This document shows, one piece after another, positions 49,811-59,397 of a DNA stretch of 64,000 nt. The stretch comes from Patescibacteria group bacterium (GTDB lineage: Bacteria > Patescibacteriota > Microgenomatia > UBA10105 > UBA927). Positions within the stretch are counted from its first letter, which is position 1, and each line of letters opens with the position of its first letter. The position numbers and the translations under genes were made by a program. The stretch is taken from contig JAHJMO010000009.1 of assembly GCA_018821245.1 (NCBI GenBank), positions 199 through 64,198 of the forward strand, given 5' to 3'. The notes below the pieces were generated by a model, which did not search any database, was not told where the DNA came from, and worked only from the letters and a program-made list of their open reading frames with translations.

Positions 49811-51340
49811 ATGAAAAATCAAATAGTCTTGTCCGGAGAAGGACTCATCATCGAGGATGTGATAGCAGTGGCACGTAAAAATGTCAAAGTTGTCGTGCCA
49901 AAAATAGTAATTGACCGTATCCAGGCGAACTGGGATGCGATTGCCCAGATGCTCGTTCGTGGCGATGTGATGTACGGCCTGAATACCGGCATTGGCGGGT
50001 TTGGTAACGTAAAGATCTCCGCTGATAAGGCCGGTGAACTGTCTACCCGGATGCTGCGGGCACATGCTTCCGGATATGGCGATCCGGTCGAACAGGAGAT
50101 TGCGAAAGCCTCTCTACTCTTACGCCTTAATGTTTTTGCTAAAGGCTATTCTGGTGTGCGGCCGCAATTATTTTTGACGTTTGTAGAAATGTTAAATAGA
50201 AACGTCATCCCTGTGTTTTACGAAAAGGGTTCAGTCGGCACCTCCGGCGATTTAGCTCCGCTGTCGCAAATGGGGTTAGTAGTAATTGGGGAAGGAAAAG
50301 CGTATTGGCAGGGAAAAATCGTGCCAGGAGACGTGGCAATGAAAAAGGCTGGAATTCCTATCGTCCCTCTCGCCTATCGCGAAGGGCTGGCGATTATGAA
50401 TGGCAGTCAATTTATGACAGCAATAGCCGCTTTTAATATTTTTGACGCGAAAAAATTAATTAAACAGCTGGAAATTGTCTGCAGTATGACGATTGACGTT
50501 CTTAACTGCGTCGAAAGCCCTTACAGCAAAGAGTATAACGAACTACGTCCGTATAAAGGCCAAAATAACACAGCGGCAAATTTACGCAGGTTACTGGCAG
50601 GAAGCGAGTTGATGAAGCAACCGAAAAAAAATGTCCAAAATGCTTATTCTTTACGGTCGGTTCCACAAGTCTCTGGAGCGGCCCGCGATGCGCTTGATTA
50701 TATACGTAAAATAACGGAAATCGAAATGAATTCGGTCGCTGATAATCCAATTTTCTATACCCGCGAAAAAGTCTGCCGGACCGGCGCTAATTTTCACGGC
50801 GCGCCGATTGGCTACACGCAGGATTTGTTGGGAATCGTGATAACCGATTTGGGAAATATTTCCGAGCGCCAGACAAACAATTTAATGGATCCAGCCTGCA
50901 GTAAAGATCTACCTGCTTTCTTGGTAAAAAGCGCCGGGCTTGATTCGGGATTGATGATTTCGCAATACACTCAGGCGGCCTTAGTCAGCGAAAATAAAAT
51001 TCTCGCAAGTCCCGCAAGCGTTGACTCCATTCCAGTATCAGGAAATCAAGAAGATCACGTATCGTTTGGCACAATCGCCGCCCGTAAAGCGCGCGAGATT
51101 ATCAAAAACACCGAGGCAGTAATCGCGATTCAGCTTTTGGCAACTTGTCAGGCTTACGAGTTCCGTAAACCGTTGAAACCGTCGCCAACTTTTCAAGCAA
51201 TATATAAATTGGTACGGAAAGTCAGTCCAGCAATAATCGAAGACCGTGCTTTTTATAAAGATATCGAAAAAGTCGTTCCTTTAATTAGAAATTATAAAGT
51301 GCTGAAAACAGCGGAAAAAACAATCGGAAAATTGCTTTAG
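49811..51340 (+). CDS. hutH: Histidine ammonia-lyase family (MIO) enzyme
   Basis: YGLNTGIG, LRAH, GSVGTSGDLAPL, YSLR..PQV.G, NSVADNP, NFHG, NQEDHVS; SD GAAAGG. Confidence 0.85.
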   Translation: MKNQIVLSGEGLIIEDVIAVARKNVKVVVPKIVIDRIQANWDAIAQMLVRGDVMYGLNTGIGGFGNVKISADKAGELSTRMLRAHASGYGDPVEQEIAKASLLLRLNVFAKGYSGVRPQLFLTFVEMLNRNVIPVFYEKGSVGTSGDLAPLSQMGLVVIGEGKAYWQGKIVPGDVAMKKAGIPIVPLAYREGLAIMNGSQFMTAIAAFNIFDAKKLIKQLEIVCSMTIDVLNCVESPYSKEYNELRPYKGQNNTAANLRRLLAGSELMKQPKKNVQNAYSLRSVPQVSGAARDALDYIRKITEIEMNSVADNPIFYTREKVCRTGANFHGAPIGYTQDLLGIVITDLGNISERQTNNLMDPACSKDLPAFLVKSAGLDSGLMISQYTQAALVSENKILASPASVDSIPVSGNQEDHVSFGTIAARKAREIIKNTEAVIAIQLLATCQAYEFRKPLKPSPTFQAIYKLVRKVSPAIIEDRAFYKDIEKVVPLIRNYKVLKTAEKTIGKLL

Positions 51341-51344
51341 ACGA

Positions 51345-51383
51345 AGATTCCCGGAATCCGAATTTCTTTGATTCCGGGAATCT
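51345..51383. repeat. Inverted doublet of GATTCCNGGAATC palindromes
   Basis: AGATTCCCGGAATC-N11-GATTCCGGGAATCT, perfect 14-bp arms. Confidence 0.8.
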
Positions 51384-51394
51384 GTTTAAAAACT

Positions 51395-51826
51395 ATGAAT
51401 ATAGTTTTAATGAGTCTGATAATTGGTTTTCTCTACGGAACTTACGATTTATTTCTGAAATTAAGCGCGGGAAAAATTCAATCAAACTTAGGTGCAGTAC
51501 TCTGTCAGACAATTTCCGCCCTATTTGCACTTGTAATTTTTCTCTACCAGAAACAAACCGGGAGAATATTCCAGATGATTGTCGCTCTACCGGGTATTCT
51601 AGCAATTGTTGCAGCGGGAATCTCGATTGGATCAGCTTTAATCTTGATCTTGACCGTTCTGGCTAATCCGGATGCCAAAGCATCTGTCATCGTACCAACG
51701 ATACTCATCATCAGAAACGTCACGGTAATTTTGTGGGGAATCTTACTGCTGAAAGAGAATTTAACCCTGGTTAAATCAACGGGGATAATCTTAAGTTTAT
51801 TGGGAATATATTTAATTTCTTTTTAA
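51395..51826 (+). CDS. Single-domain EamA/DMT transporter
   Basis: 5 TM; ASVIVP, GILLLKE.LT..K..GI.L...GI. Confidence 0.8.
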   Translation: MNIVLMSLIIGFLYGTYDLFLKLSAGKIQSNLGAVLCQTISALFALVIFLYQKQTGRIFQMIVALPGILAIVAAGISIGSALILILTVLANPDAKASVIVPTILIIRNVTVILWGILLLKENLTLVKSTGIILSLLGIYLISF

Positions 51827-51842
51827 GGAGGTGAATTTGTAT

Positions 51843-52100
51843 ATGTCTTTCTATGGCGTTGAACAAATAGAAAAATTACGAGACCAGTACGAGGACGCCT
51901 CGCCAGAAGAAAAAAGAGCAATGGAGATTAGGGATTTAGGTTATCCGTTGACTAGAGACGAAATCAACAGAGATAAAATAACCGTTGAAATTTTTTTGGA
52001 CGTTTTAGATACTTTACAAGAAGGGTTTACGGTAAAGTTATCACAGTCGGCGCCAGATGCTGAAATAACGTGTGACGTTAAAAGAAAAATGGGTGAGTGA
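51843..52100 (+). CDS. Small acidic hypothetical protein
   Basis: 85-aa ORF with a strong SD AAGGAGGTGA. Confidence 0.6.
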   Translation: MSFYGVEQIEKLRDQYEDASPEEKRAMEIRDLGYPLTRDEINRDKITVEIFLDVLDTLQEGFTVKLSQSAPDAEITCDVKRKMGE

Positions 52101-52123
52101 CAAATGCTTGATATAATGAAACT

Positions 52124-53278
52124 ATGCTTACAGTATTAAGAGATCTCAACGGATTGTTCATCACCAACCCAGTCAACATACGCTACCTTACCGGATTTGT
52201 TGGTGCGGCGACGGAGGAACGGGAAAGCTATCTGCTTATTACTTCTCATAAAGCGTATCTGTTTACGAATGGTTTATACCTTGAACAAGCTAAGAATCTC
52301 GAATTGTTAAATTGTTATATTGTTAAATTATTAAAAACAAAAAACCCGCTGGAGATCGTTGAGATTTCACGGGAGAATCCGATATCGAAGGAATTGGCCG
52401 AATTAACGAAGAAGCTCGGCATCAAAAAACTCGGGTTTGAATCTGCAGATCTCACTGTTGCCGAGTGCCAAAAACTCAAACAAACACTCAAAGGCGTTGC
52501 GCTTATTCCAACGAAAAACCGCATAGAGAAGCTGCGGATGATTAAAAGAGAGGATGAAGTTGACAATATCCGACAGGCAGCCAAAGTGACCGACGCATGC
52601 TTTGACTTCATTTTGCCGAGGCTAACCCCTGGGGTTGAGGAGGGAGAAATAGCATGGGAGATAGAAACCTTTCTTTCAAGGCCTGGCCTCGATAGGGTTG
52701 CTACAGCGGGACACACAGTTACCATGGCCTTCTCCCCTATCGTGGCATTTGGAAAAAATACCAGCCAACCGCACTATCTCACAAGGCCCGGCCTTAAAGA
52801 AGATCAAGGCCGGGCCTTAAGGCTAAACGATGTCGTCTTGCTCGATTTCGGAGCGCGCGTCAATGGGTACTGTGCCGACATGACGCGAGCTGTTTTCATC
52901 GGCGAACCGAAACAAGAGTGGATCCGTGCCTACGATACCGTTATGGAAGCACAAAAAAGTGCCTTTGAATATCTAGCTTCGTGCTCAAGGCCCGGCCTTG
53001 GAGCACAGGCTGACAGAATTGCCGCGTACGTGCTTCGGAAAGCCGGTTTCACTCCATACCCGCACGGTCTGGGGCACGGCATCGGACTGGACGTTCACGA
53101 AAATCCTCGCTTGAACATGAAGAAAAATGAACAGTTGTTACCAGGTATGGTATTTTCCGTCGAACCCGGCGTCTATATCCCAGGTAACTATGGCATTCGG
53201 ATCGAAGATTTGGTACTCTTGAAGCAATCGGGTATTGAAATACTGTCAAAAACAACAAAAAAAATGATAATCATATGA
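52124..53278 (+). CDS. Xaa-Pro aminopeptidase (M24) with repeat-derived insertions
   Basis: NIRYLTGF, DFGA...GYCADMTR, HGLGHGIGLDVHE, EPGVY, GIRIED. Confidence 0.92.
   Translation: MLTVLRDLNGLFITNPVNIRYLTGFVGAATEERESYLLITSHKAYLFTNGLYLEQAKNLELLNCYIVKLLKTKNPLEIVEISRENPISKELAELTKKLGIKKLGFESADLTVAECQKLKQTLKGVALIPTKNRIEKLRMIKREDEVDNIRQAAKVTDACFDFILPRLTPGVEEGEIAWEIETFLSRPGLDRVATAGHTVTMAFSPIVAFGKNTSQPHYLTRPGLKEDQGRALRLNDVVLLDFGARVNGYCADMTRAVFIGEPKQEWIRAYDTVMEAQKSAFEYLASCSRPGLGAQADRIAAYVLRKAGFTPYPHGLGHGIGLDVHENPRLNMKKNEQLLPGMVFSVEPGVYIPGNYGIRIEDLVLLKQSGIEILSKTTKKMIII
52624..53000. repeat. Five CCNGG-centred 13-bp palindromes within the M24 gene
   Basis: AACCCCTGGGGTT 52624; AAGGCCTGGCCTC 52678; AAGGCCCGGCCTT 52783; AAGGCCGGGCCTT 52806; AAGGCCCGGCCTT 52987. 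Confidence 0.8.
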
Positions 53279-54492
53279 ACACTGCATTACAAACGCTTAA
53301 AGGATTTCGGGATTTCTTGCCGAGAGAAGCAGTCAAACGGAAATGGCTGAGGGATAAGCTCGCGGTCATTTGTGAATCGTGGGGTTTCTCCCCGCTTGAG
53401 ACGCCAACCCTGGAGCCACTCGAGATATTCGTCGGCGCTATTGGTGAAGATGAAAAATTATTTTTCAAATTCAAAGATCAGGGAAACCGAGATGTAGCTC
53501 TTCGATATGATCAAACGGTGCCAACATGTCGGGTTGTAGCCCAATATCAAAACACTATCACATTCCCTTTCAAACGCTATCAAATCCAACCGACGTTCAG
53601 GGCGGAAAAACCCCAAAAAGGCAGATTCCGTGAATTTACTCAGGTTGATGCCGATATTTTCGGCATCAAAACGCCTGATGCTGACGCCGAGACAATAGCT
53701 CTCTCATTGGACATTTATAAACAACTGGGCTTCAAACGCGCTCTTGTTCGTATCAATACACGATCGCTATATAAAAACATGCCATACGAAGCAATCGTCT
53801 GCATAGATAAAATCAAAAAAATCGGAGATGATGGTGTGCTTAGTGAAATGGAATCCAGAGGAATCGAACCTACTAAAGCGAAAGAATATCTGTCTTACGT
53901 TAAAAATCTAAAACCTAATGAAGAGATCTCTTATATTCTAAAATATCTCAAAGACTACGGTTTTTCAAATGACTGGTATGAATTTGATCCGACAATCGCG
54001 CGATCTTTCTCCTACTCCATGGGTCCTATTTGGGAAGTAGAAATCCCGGATGCCGGCTATAACATGTCCGTACTCGGCGGCGAACGGTACGACGGATTGG
54101 TAGAAAAACTCGCCGGCCGTGATATCGGGGGCACTGGATTCGGTTTGGGATTTGACCGGACATTAGAGGCTGCCGAAATCATGAAATTAGTCCCAGTACT
54201 ATCTATTGCAGGACAAGTTCTTGTAACCGTTTTTTCTGAAGAATCACGTAGCCAATCACAACAACTTGCCGCTGTGCTTCGAAAAATGGGCATCACCGTT
54301 GACTTGTACCCGACAACAGACAAGCTTGATAAGCAATTAAAGTATGCCGACAAAAATGATATTCCCTATGTTGTAATCCAAGGGCCAGAAGAAGCGATAA
54401 ATTCTAGAGTGAAGCTCAAAGATATGCAGTCTGGGCAGCAGAAAGAAATGACAATACCGGAAGTAACAGCATTCTTGATAATAAACTCTTAA
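53275..54492 (+). CDS. hisS: Histidine--tRNA ligase
   Basis: KGFRDF, LRYDQTVP, FRAEKPQKGRFREFTQ.D, GGERYD, GFGLGFDR, anticodon-binding domain. Confidence 0.95.
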   Translation: MNTALQTLKGFRDFLPREAVKRKWLRDKLAVICESWGFSPLETPTLEPLEIFVGAIGEDEKLFFKFKDQGNRDVALRYDQTVPTCRVVAQYQNTITFPFKRYQIQPTFRAEKPQKGRFREFTQVDADIFGIKTPDADAETIALSLDIYKQLGFKRALVRINTRSLYKNMPYEAIVCIDKIKKIGDDGVLSEMESRGIEPTKAKEYLSYVKNLKPNEEISYILKYLKDYGFSNDWYEFDPTIARSFSYSMGPIWEVEIPDAGYNMSVLGGERYDGLVEKLAGRDIGGTGFGLGFDRTLEAAEIMKLVPVLSIAGQVLVTVFSEESRSQSQQLAAVLRKMGITVDLYPTTDKLDKQLKYADKNDIPYVVIQGPEEAINSRVKLKDMQSGQQKEMTIPEVTAFLIINS

Positions 54493-54497
54493 TCCTC

Positions 54498-55520
54498 ATG
54501 AAATTCTCTACTGTCCAAAAAGCGTTTATCGCGCTTATCATTGCCAATATTATCTGGGGCGCTGCAGCACCGATTTTTAAATTAAGCCTCCAGAACATAC
54601 CCCCTTTTACTTTGGCTTTTTGGCGCTTTTTTCTGGGGTCGCTCCTTCTTCTTGTAATCTTCAGACAGAAACTCCGTATAAATATCGCTTCCCGACGCGA
54701 TTTTTTCCTCCTTTTGGGTTACGCGCTGTGCGGGATTACCGGCAACATTATTTTCTATTTTCTCGGTTTACGCCTGACATTTGCCATGAATGCGCCCGTT
54801 ATTGGCTCTGCGCAACCGATTATTACCCTCATTCTCGCCCTTGTGTTTCTAAGGGAGAAATTCGCCTGGAAAAAGTTTATCGGCATGATACTGGGGAGTA
54901 TGGGAGTTCTCGTTATTATCTTCGAGCCACTTTTGGAAAAAGGCGTGTACGGCTCGATACTGGGAAATGTCTTCCTAACGCTTGCCATGCTTCTGGCTGT
55001 CGCACAAACCATCTTTGGTAAATCCGCTCTTGATCGATATTCCCCACTGGCTTTTACCTTTTGGGCGTTCATTATAGGCGCTGCCAGCTTTACCCCCTTA
55101 GCATTCTATGAATACTTCAAGATTCCCCAGCTCTACCAGACACTCGACTGGCGGGGATTTGCCGGTATCGGATTTGGCGCAGTTTTCTCAAGCGCCGCGG
55201 CCTATACTCTATATGCTTGGGGGTTAAGTAAAATTACTGCCTCCGATACGTCCGTTTTTTCATACATCGATCCGGTTGTAGGCACGGTACTTGCATTCTT
55301 CCTCCTCAAAGAACCGATTACCCCGCCGTTTGTGGTAGGAAGCTTTCTCATATTCGGTGGAATTTTTCTGGCCGAAGGCCGTCTCCACTACCACCCGATC
55401 CGCCGACTCATCATGTGGGAAAAACCGATACGCTACGACAAACCTGAAGCATTACCAACTTCCGATGACGACAAACCACCCAATCGGAAACGGATTCTCA
55501 CTTCAATTTTTCAAAAATGA
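54498..55520 (+). CDS. DMT/EamA family transporter (two repeats)
   Basis: IIWG, PPFTLAFWRF, FLREK, YIDPVV, LLKEP; 10 TM. Confidence 0.9.
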   Translation: MKFSTVQKAFIALIIANIIWGAAAPIFKLSLQNIPPFTLAFWRFFLGSLLLLVIFRQKLRINIASRRDFFLLLGYALCGITGNIIFYFLGLRLTFAMNAPVIGSAQPIITLILALVFLREKFAWKKFIGMILGSMGVLVIIFEPLLEKGVYGSILGNVFLTLAMLLAVAQTIFGKSALDRYSPLAFTFWAFIIGAASFTPLAFYEYFKIPQLYQTLDWRGFAGIGFGAVFSSAAAYTLYAWGLSKITASDTSVFSYIDPVVGTVLAFFLLKEPITPPFVVGSFLIFGGIFLAEGRLHYHPIRRLIMWEKPIRYDKPEALPTSDDDKPPNRKRILTSIFQK

Positions 55521-55578
55521 CCAAGCAGGAAACACGAGCCTGGAAAGTTACGACTTCTTTGTGATACAATAACACGTT

Positions 55579-55887
55579 ATGAAGCAAGATATTCATCCAA
55601 AATGGTATCCCAAAGCTACGGTAACGTGCGCGTGCGGTAACAGCTTTAGCGTTGGCGCGACGAAGGAGAAAATACAGGTAGATATCTGCGCCAAATGCCA
55701 CCCGTTCTTTACCGGTGAAATGAAATACGTGGACACCCTGGGACGCGTAGAACGCTTCCAAAAGAAACAAAAAGTAGCGCAGGCGAAGGCTGTGGTGCTT
55801 GCCGAGAAGAAAAAGAAAAATGTAGAACGCGAGCGGCAGATCCGGGAACAGAAATCCCTCAAGGATATGCTGATGGGATTAAAATAG
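55579..55887 (+). CDS. rpmE: 50S ribosomal protein L31 with a C-terminal extension
   Basis: [29 protein letters not shown]. Confidence 0.96.
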   Translation: MKQDIHPKWYPKATVTCACGNSFSVGATKEKIQVDICAKCHPFFTGEMKYVDTLGRVERFQKKQKVAQAKAVVLAEKKKKNVERERQIREQKSLKDMLMGLK

Positions 55888-55932
55888 TAGCTTAGATTAT
55901 CTAATAACTAAGCTACCAAGCTTCTAAGCTTC
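55887..55932 (+). repeat. Hairpin plus degenerate 8-bp repeats after rpmE
   Basis: GTAGCTTAG...CTAAGCTAC stem, then ccaagctt ctaagctt; similar to the 31109 repeat in reverse. Confidence 0.5.
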
Positions 55933-55941
55933 TTTTTATAT

Positions 55942-56643
55942 ATGAATCAAGATATCGCGATTTTAGAGTTTAGAGCGGGACCCGGCGGAAAAGAAGCCAA
56001 ACTATGGGCGTCCGATCTCATGCGGATGTACACACGCTACGCCAACATCCTTGGCTGGAAAGTAGAACAGCTGGACAGCGCCGTCATTCGTATTCGGGGG
56101 TCGCTTGCATTTACCAAACTGCAATATGAAGCCGGAACCCACCGCGTGCAGCGAGTTCCCAAAACGGAGCGCCAGGGGCGCATCCATACCTCGACGGCTA
56201 CCGTCGCTGTACTACCGGAAATTCCGGAAACAGAAATCTATATCAAACCTGATGAATTAGAATGGGATTTTTTTCGATCTGGAGGGAAAGGCGGTCAAAA
56301 CGTCAACAAAGTCAGTTCTGCTGTTAGACTTCACCATAAACCGTCCGGACTTGTAGTTCAATGTCAGACAGAGCGTGACCAATTTCAAAATCGCCAGGTA
56401 GCACTCTCACTTCTTCGTGCAAGACTATGGGAGAAACAACTTATGGAGCAAGAACTTGCCCTGAGCGATAGTCGAAGGGTCATCGGCCGCGGAATGCGCG
56501 CTGAAAAAATCAGGACCTATAATTATCCACAAAACCGCGTCACTGACCACAGGATCAACAAATCATGGCATAATCTGGAAGACATTATTGACGGAAAGCT
56601 CCAAAAAATAACCGAGGCACTTCTTGCCATATCGCAGGTATAA
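55942..56643 (+). CDS. prfA: Peptide chain release factor 1 lacking domain 1
   Basis: HRVQRVPKTE..GRIHTS (PxT), GGKGGQNVNK, EKIRTYNYPQNRVTDHRI; starts at ILEFRAG; follows rpmE. Confidence 0.85.
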   Translation: MNQDIAILEFRAGPGGKEAKLWASDLMRMYTRYANILGWKVEQLDSAVIRIRGSLAFTKLQYEAGTHRVQRVPKTERQGRIHTSTATVAVLPEIPETEIYIKPDELEWDFFRSGGKGGQNVNKVSSAVRLHHKPSGLVVQCQTERDQFQNRQVALSLLRARLWEKQLMEQELALSDSRRVIGRGMRAEKIRTYNYPQNRVTDHRINKSWHNLEDIIDGKLQKITEALLAISQV

Positions 56644-56659
56644 ATTTTTAATTATCAAA

Positions 56660-57826
56660 TTATTCCTGATTTCCCAGTGTTACTTTCAGAGTGGATTCTG
56701 TCCCGTCACGCCAAATAGATAATGTGATACTGTCCCCTACTTTCTTTTTCGCAATTATTTTTGCCAGTTCGGCGTTTACCCCGGATAAACGCACGTCATC
56801 TATTTTGGTAATGATGTCTCCATCTTTCAAATCGGCGCGCTCGACCGGACTACCGCTGACGACTTCTACGATATACGCTCCTTCGGGCAGATCATTGAGG
56901 ACCGCTAAATCTTTAGAAATAGTCTTATAGCGCACACCCAAATATGGCCGGTTGAATTGGCCGGTAGCGTTAAAATTGGATAGCGCGTCTTTGACGACGT
57001 TTATAGGTATCGCGAACCCTATGTTTTGTCCCTCGCCTGAAACAGCAGTATTAATACCGATTACCTGCCCGCTGCTGTTGAGTAATGGCCCCCCTGAATT
57101 GCCGGGGTTAATCGCCGCATCCGTCTGGATAACGTTATCAAGCCGTTCTACGTATGCCTCGTATGGACTGCCTGCTTCGATCCCACGCCCGACTCCGGAA
57201 ATCACGCCCGTAGTTACCGTAGAACGGAATTCTCCCAATGCCGTTCCTATGGCGATAGCCAGCTGGCCGACCTTAATCTTGGATGAGTCACCCAATTCCA
57301 CAACCGGAAGATTGCTTGCGTTAATTTTCATGATGGCTAAATCGTTGGTCGGATCGCGGTAGATTTTTACTGCATCATACACTTTATCATCTTTGGTAAT
57401 AACTCTGTATGTAGCTTGGGTGTCCGCGATGACATGCTTATTGGTAACAATGAGCCCGTCTTTTTCTACGATAAATCCGCTCCCTATATCCTGCTCGATT
57501 TTTTGGGTCTTTCCCGGACGCCTTTGGAAAGGGCTAAACATATTAAAAGGATCGAATTCAAAGATGTCGCCTACACTGCGGGTCTTGGATATCCCTATAG
57601 TTACAACCGATGGAGAAGCTTTCTCGACCACATTGATAATCACCGATTCTTCCGTAGTTACTTTAATTGTCTCGCCAGATGGAAGTGAGGTTTGGGGAGT
57701 GGAAATTTTGGGAATTTTAATTAAGCGATCAAGGGTTTTCCAGTTAATACCAAAGAATCCGGAGCTAACTATACCACCAACCAATAAAATAATTAATGCA
57801 GTTGTAAGAAAAATTCTATTTTTCAT
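56660..57826 (-). CDS. htrA: HtrA/DegP-family serine protease with PDZ domain
   Basis: GSGFI, VTNKHV, DLA, QTDAAINPGNSGGPL, one PDZ. Confidence 0.93.
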   Translation of the reverse strand: MKNRIFLTTALIILLVGGIVSSGFFGINWKTLDRLIKIPKISTPQTSLPSGETIKVTTEESVIINVVEKASPSVVTIGISKTRSVGDIFEFDPFNMFSPFQRRPGKTQKIEQDIGSGFIVEKDGLIVTNKHVIADTQATYRVITKDDKVYDAVKIYRDPTNDLAIMKINASNLPVVELGDSSKIKVGQLAIAIGTALGEFRSTVTTGVISGVGRGIEAGSPYEAYVERLDNVIQTDAAINPGNSGGPLLNSSGQVIGINTAVSGEGQNIGFAIPINVVKDALSNFNATGQFNRPYLGVRYKTISKDLAVLNDLPEGAYIVEVVSGSPVERADLKDGDIITKIDDVRLSGVNAELAKIIAKKKVGDSITLSIWRDGTESTLKVTLGNQE

Positions 57827-57831
57827 AAAAA

Positions 57832-59118
57832 TTATTTTAGTAGAATTTCTATCGCTTTGGCAAGTTGGGCGTCATTACTCGCCGTAACGGTTTCTTCCAG
57901 TTTAACTTCGATATCCGGCTTCACTCCCGTCTTATGTATAGAATCACCGTTGGGCAAAAGCCATTTCCCAGTCGTAATATGAAGCCCTGCGCCCCCCGAC
58001 AAATCATACGGAGTCTGGACCGATCCCTTTCCGAAAGTCGTTTCTCCTATGAGTTTGGCTCTTTTACGGTCCCGCAGGGCTCCTGCGGCAATTTCCGCGG
58101 CAGACGCGCTCCCTTTGTTGACAAGAACAACAAGGGGAATATCCAAAAGCTTCCCTTTCCTGTCTACCGGATAATCCTGCTTCGTGCCGTCGCTGTTAAC
58201 TTGAGAAACGACGATACCCTGACCTAAAAATTCGCTGGCGATAAAAACCGCCCCGTCCAAATATCCTCCCGGATTATTGCGAAGATCAAAAATAAGCCCC
58301 CTTAAGGACCCGTTCATCTTTTGAGCAACTACAATAGCATCTACCGCTTTGTCCCATTCATCATTCGTGTGATCACCAAACCTCGACAGTTGAATATATG
58401 CCACGCGTCCGGGCTCTTTTCTAAATCTTTCTGATCCCGCCAAAGCGGATATTTCCGGAATTTCTCCCGGTGTTTTCACCCATGACTCCACTGAAGGGAT
58501 ATTAATAACATCGCGTTTCAGAGAAATATCAATCGGCTTTTGGTCGCTTTCATGAAGAATAGTAAGGGTCACGGTACTGCCGCGTGGCCCTCGGATTTTG
58601 GAAACAGCTTCCGGTACTGTCCAACCTACAGTCTCCTCTCCATCTACTTTCAGTATAAAATCGCCCGCTCTGATTCCGGCTTTCTCCGCAGGCATACCGT
58701 GAAGCGGCGCTATAACAATAATTCGACCGTCTTTTAACCCGAGCTGCGCGCCTATCCCTTCAAATGATCCGCCGAGATCATCTTTAAAGTCCTTATTGTC
58801 TTTCGGGGTCAAAAAAGCAGTATAAGGATCATCCAGCGCCGATACCATACCGGTTATCGCTCCATATACCATCTTTTGCGCATCTAAAGCTACCGGTTCA
58901 ATATAGTAGCGATGAAGCTTAGTCCATACGTCCCAAAACAGGGAAAAGTCAGCAGTGACCGTCGGAGGCGCTTCCTCGTGTACAACAATCGCGTTATTCT
59001 GATCAAGCGCCACACGTACGCGCCGTTCTCCAAGCCTGTACCCGATACCTCCTGACAAAATCAACAGCGCGAAGATGACAACGAGGAAACGGATTTTAGA
59101 AAATGCGAAAGATTTCAT
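57832..59118 (-). CDS. ctpA: C-terminal processing peptidase (S41)
   Basis: LDDPYT, GIGA PDZ, DLRNNPGG, SASAAEI, TFGKGSVQ, GVKPD. Confidence 0.93.
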   Translation of the reverse strand: MKSFAFSKIRFLVVIFALLILSGGIGYRLGERRVRVALDQNNAIVVHEEAPPTVTADFSLFWDVWTKLHRYYIEPVALDAQKMVYGAITGMVSALDDPYTAFLTPKDNKDFKDDLGGSFEGIGAQLGLKDGRIIVIAPLHGMPAEKAGIRAGDFILKVDGEETVGWTVPEAVSKIRGPRGSTVTLTILHESDQKPIDISLKRDVINIPSVESWVKTPGEIPEISALAGSERFRKEPGRVAYIQLSRFGDHTNDEWDKAVDAIVVAQKMNGSLRGLIFDLRNNPGGYLDGAVFIASEFLGQGIVVSQVNSDGTKQDYPVDRKGKLLDIPLVVLVNKGSASAAEIAAGALRDRKRAKLIGETTFGKGSVQTPYDLSGGAGLHITTGKWLLPNGDSIHKTGVKPDIEVKLEETVTASNDAQLAKAIEILLK

Positions 59119-59149
59119 AAAAACATGCGCCGAAGGGAACTTTTTCTGA

Positions 59150-59392
59150 TCACGCCCGTATGACAAACGGCAACAGAGCAACGTGTCGTGCGTGTTTAAC
59201 CGAGCGGGCCAACCGACGCTGATGCTTACAGCACATTCCGGTTCTCCCCCGTCCCAGAAGCTTCCCTCGTTCCGTGACATATTTCTGTAAAATCCCAACA
59301 TCCTTATAATCCGGCTCACTTTTGGTGTTGCAGAAAAGGCAATTTCTTGGAACCGGACGGATGAGTTTTTGTCTTTTCTTTGAGTTCATCAT
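59150..59392 (-). CDS. rpsR: 30S ribosomal protein S18 (Zn type)
   Basis: CLFC, DYKDV..L, ERGK, TGMC.KHQR, AR..ALLPF. Confidence 0.95.
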   Translation of the reverse strand: MMNSKKRQKLIRPVPRNCLFCNTKSEPDYKDVGILQKYVTERGKLLGRGRTGMCCKHQRRLARSVKHARHVALLPFVIRA

Positions 59393-59397
59393 AACTA

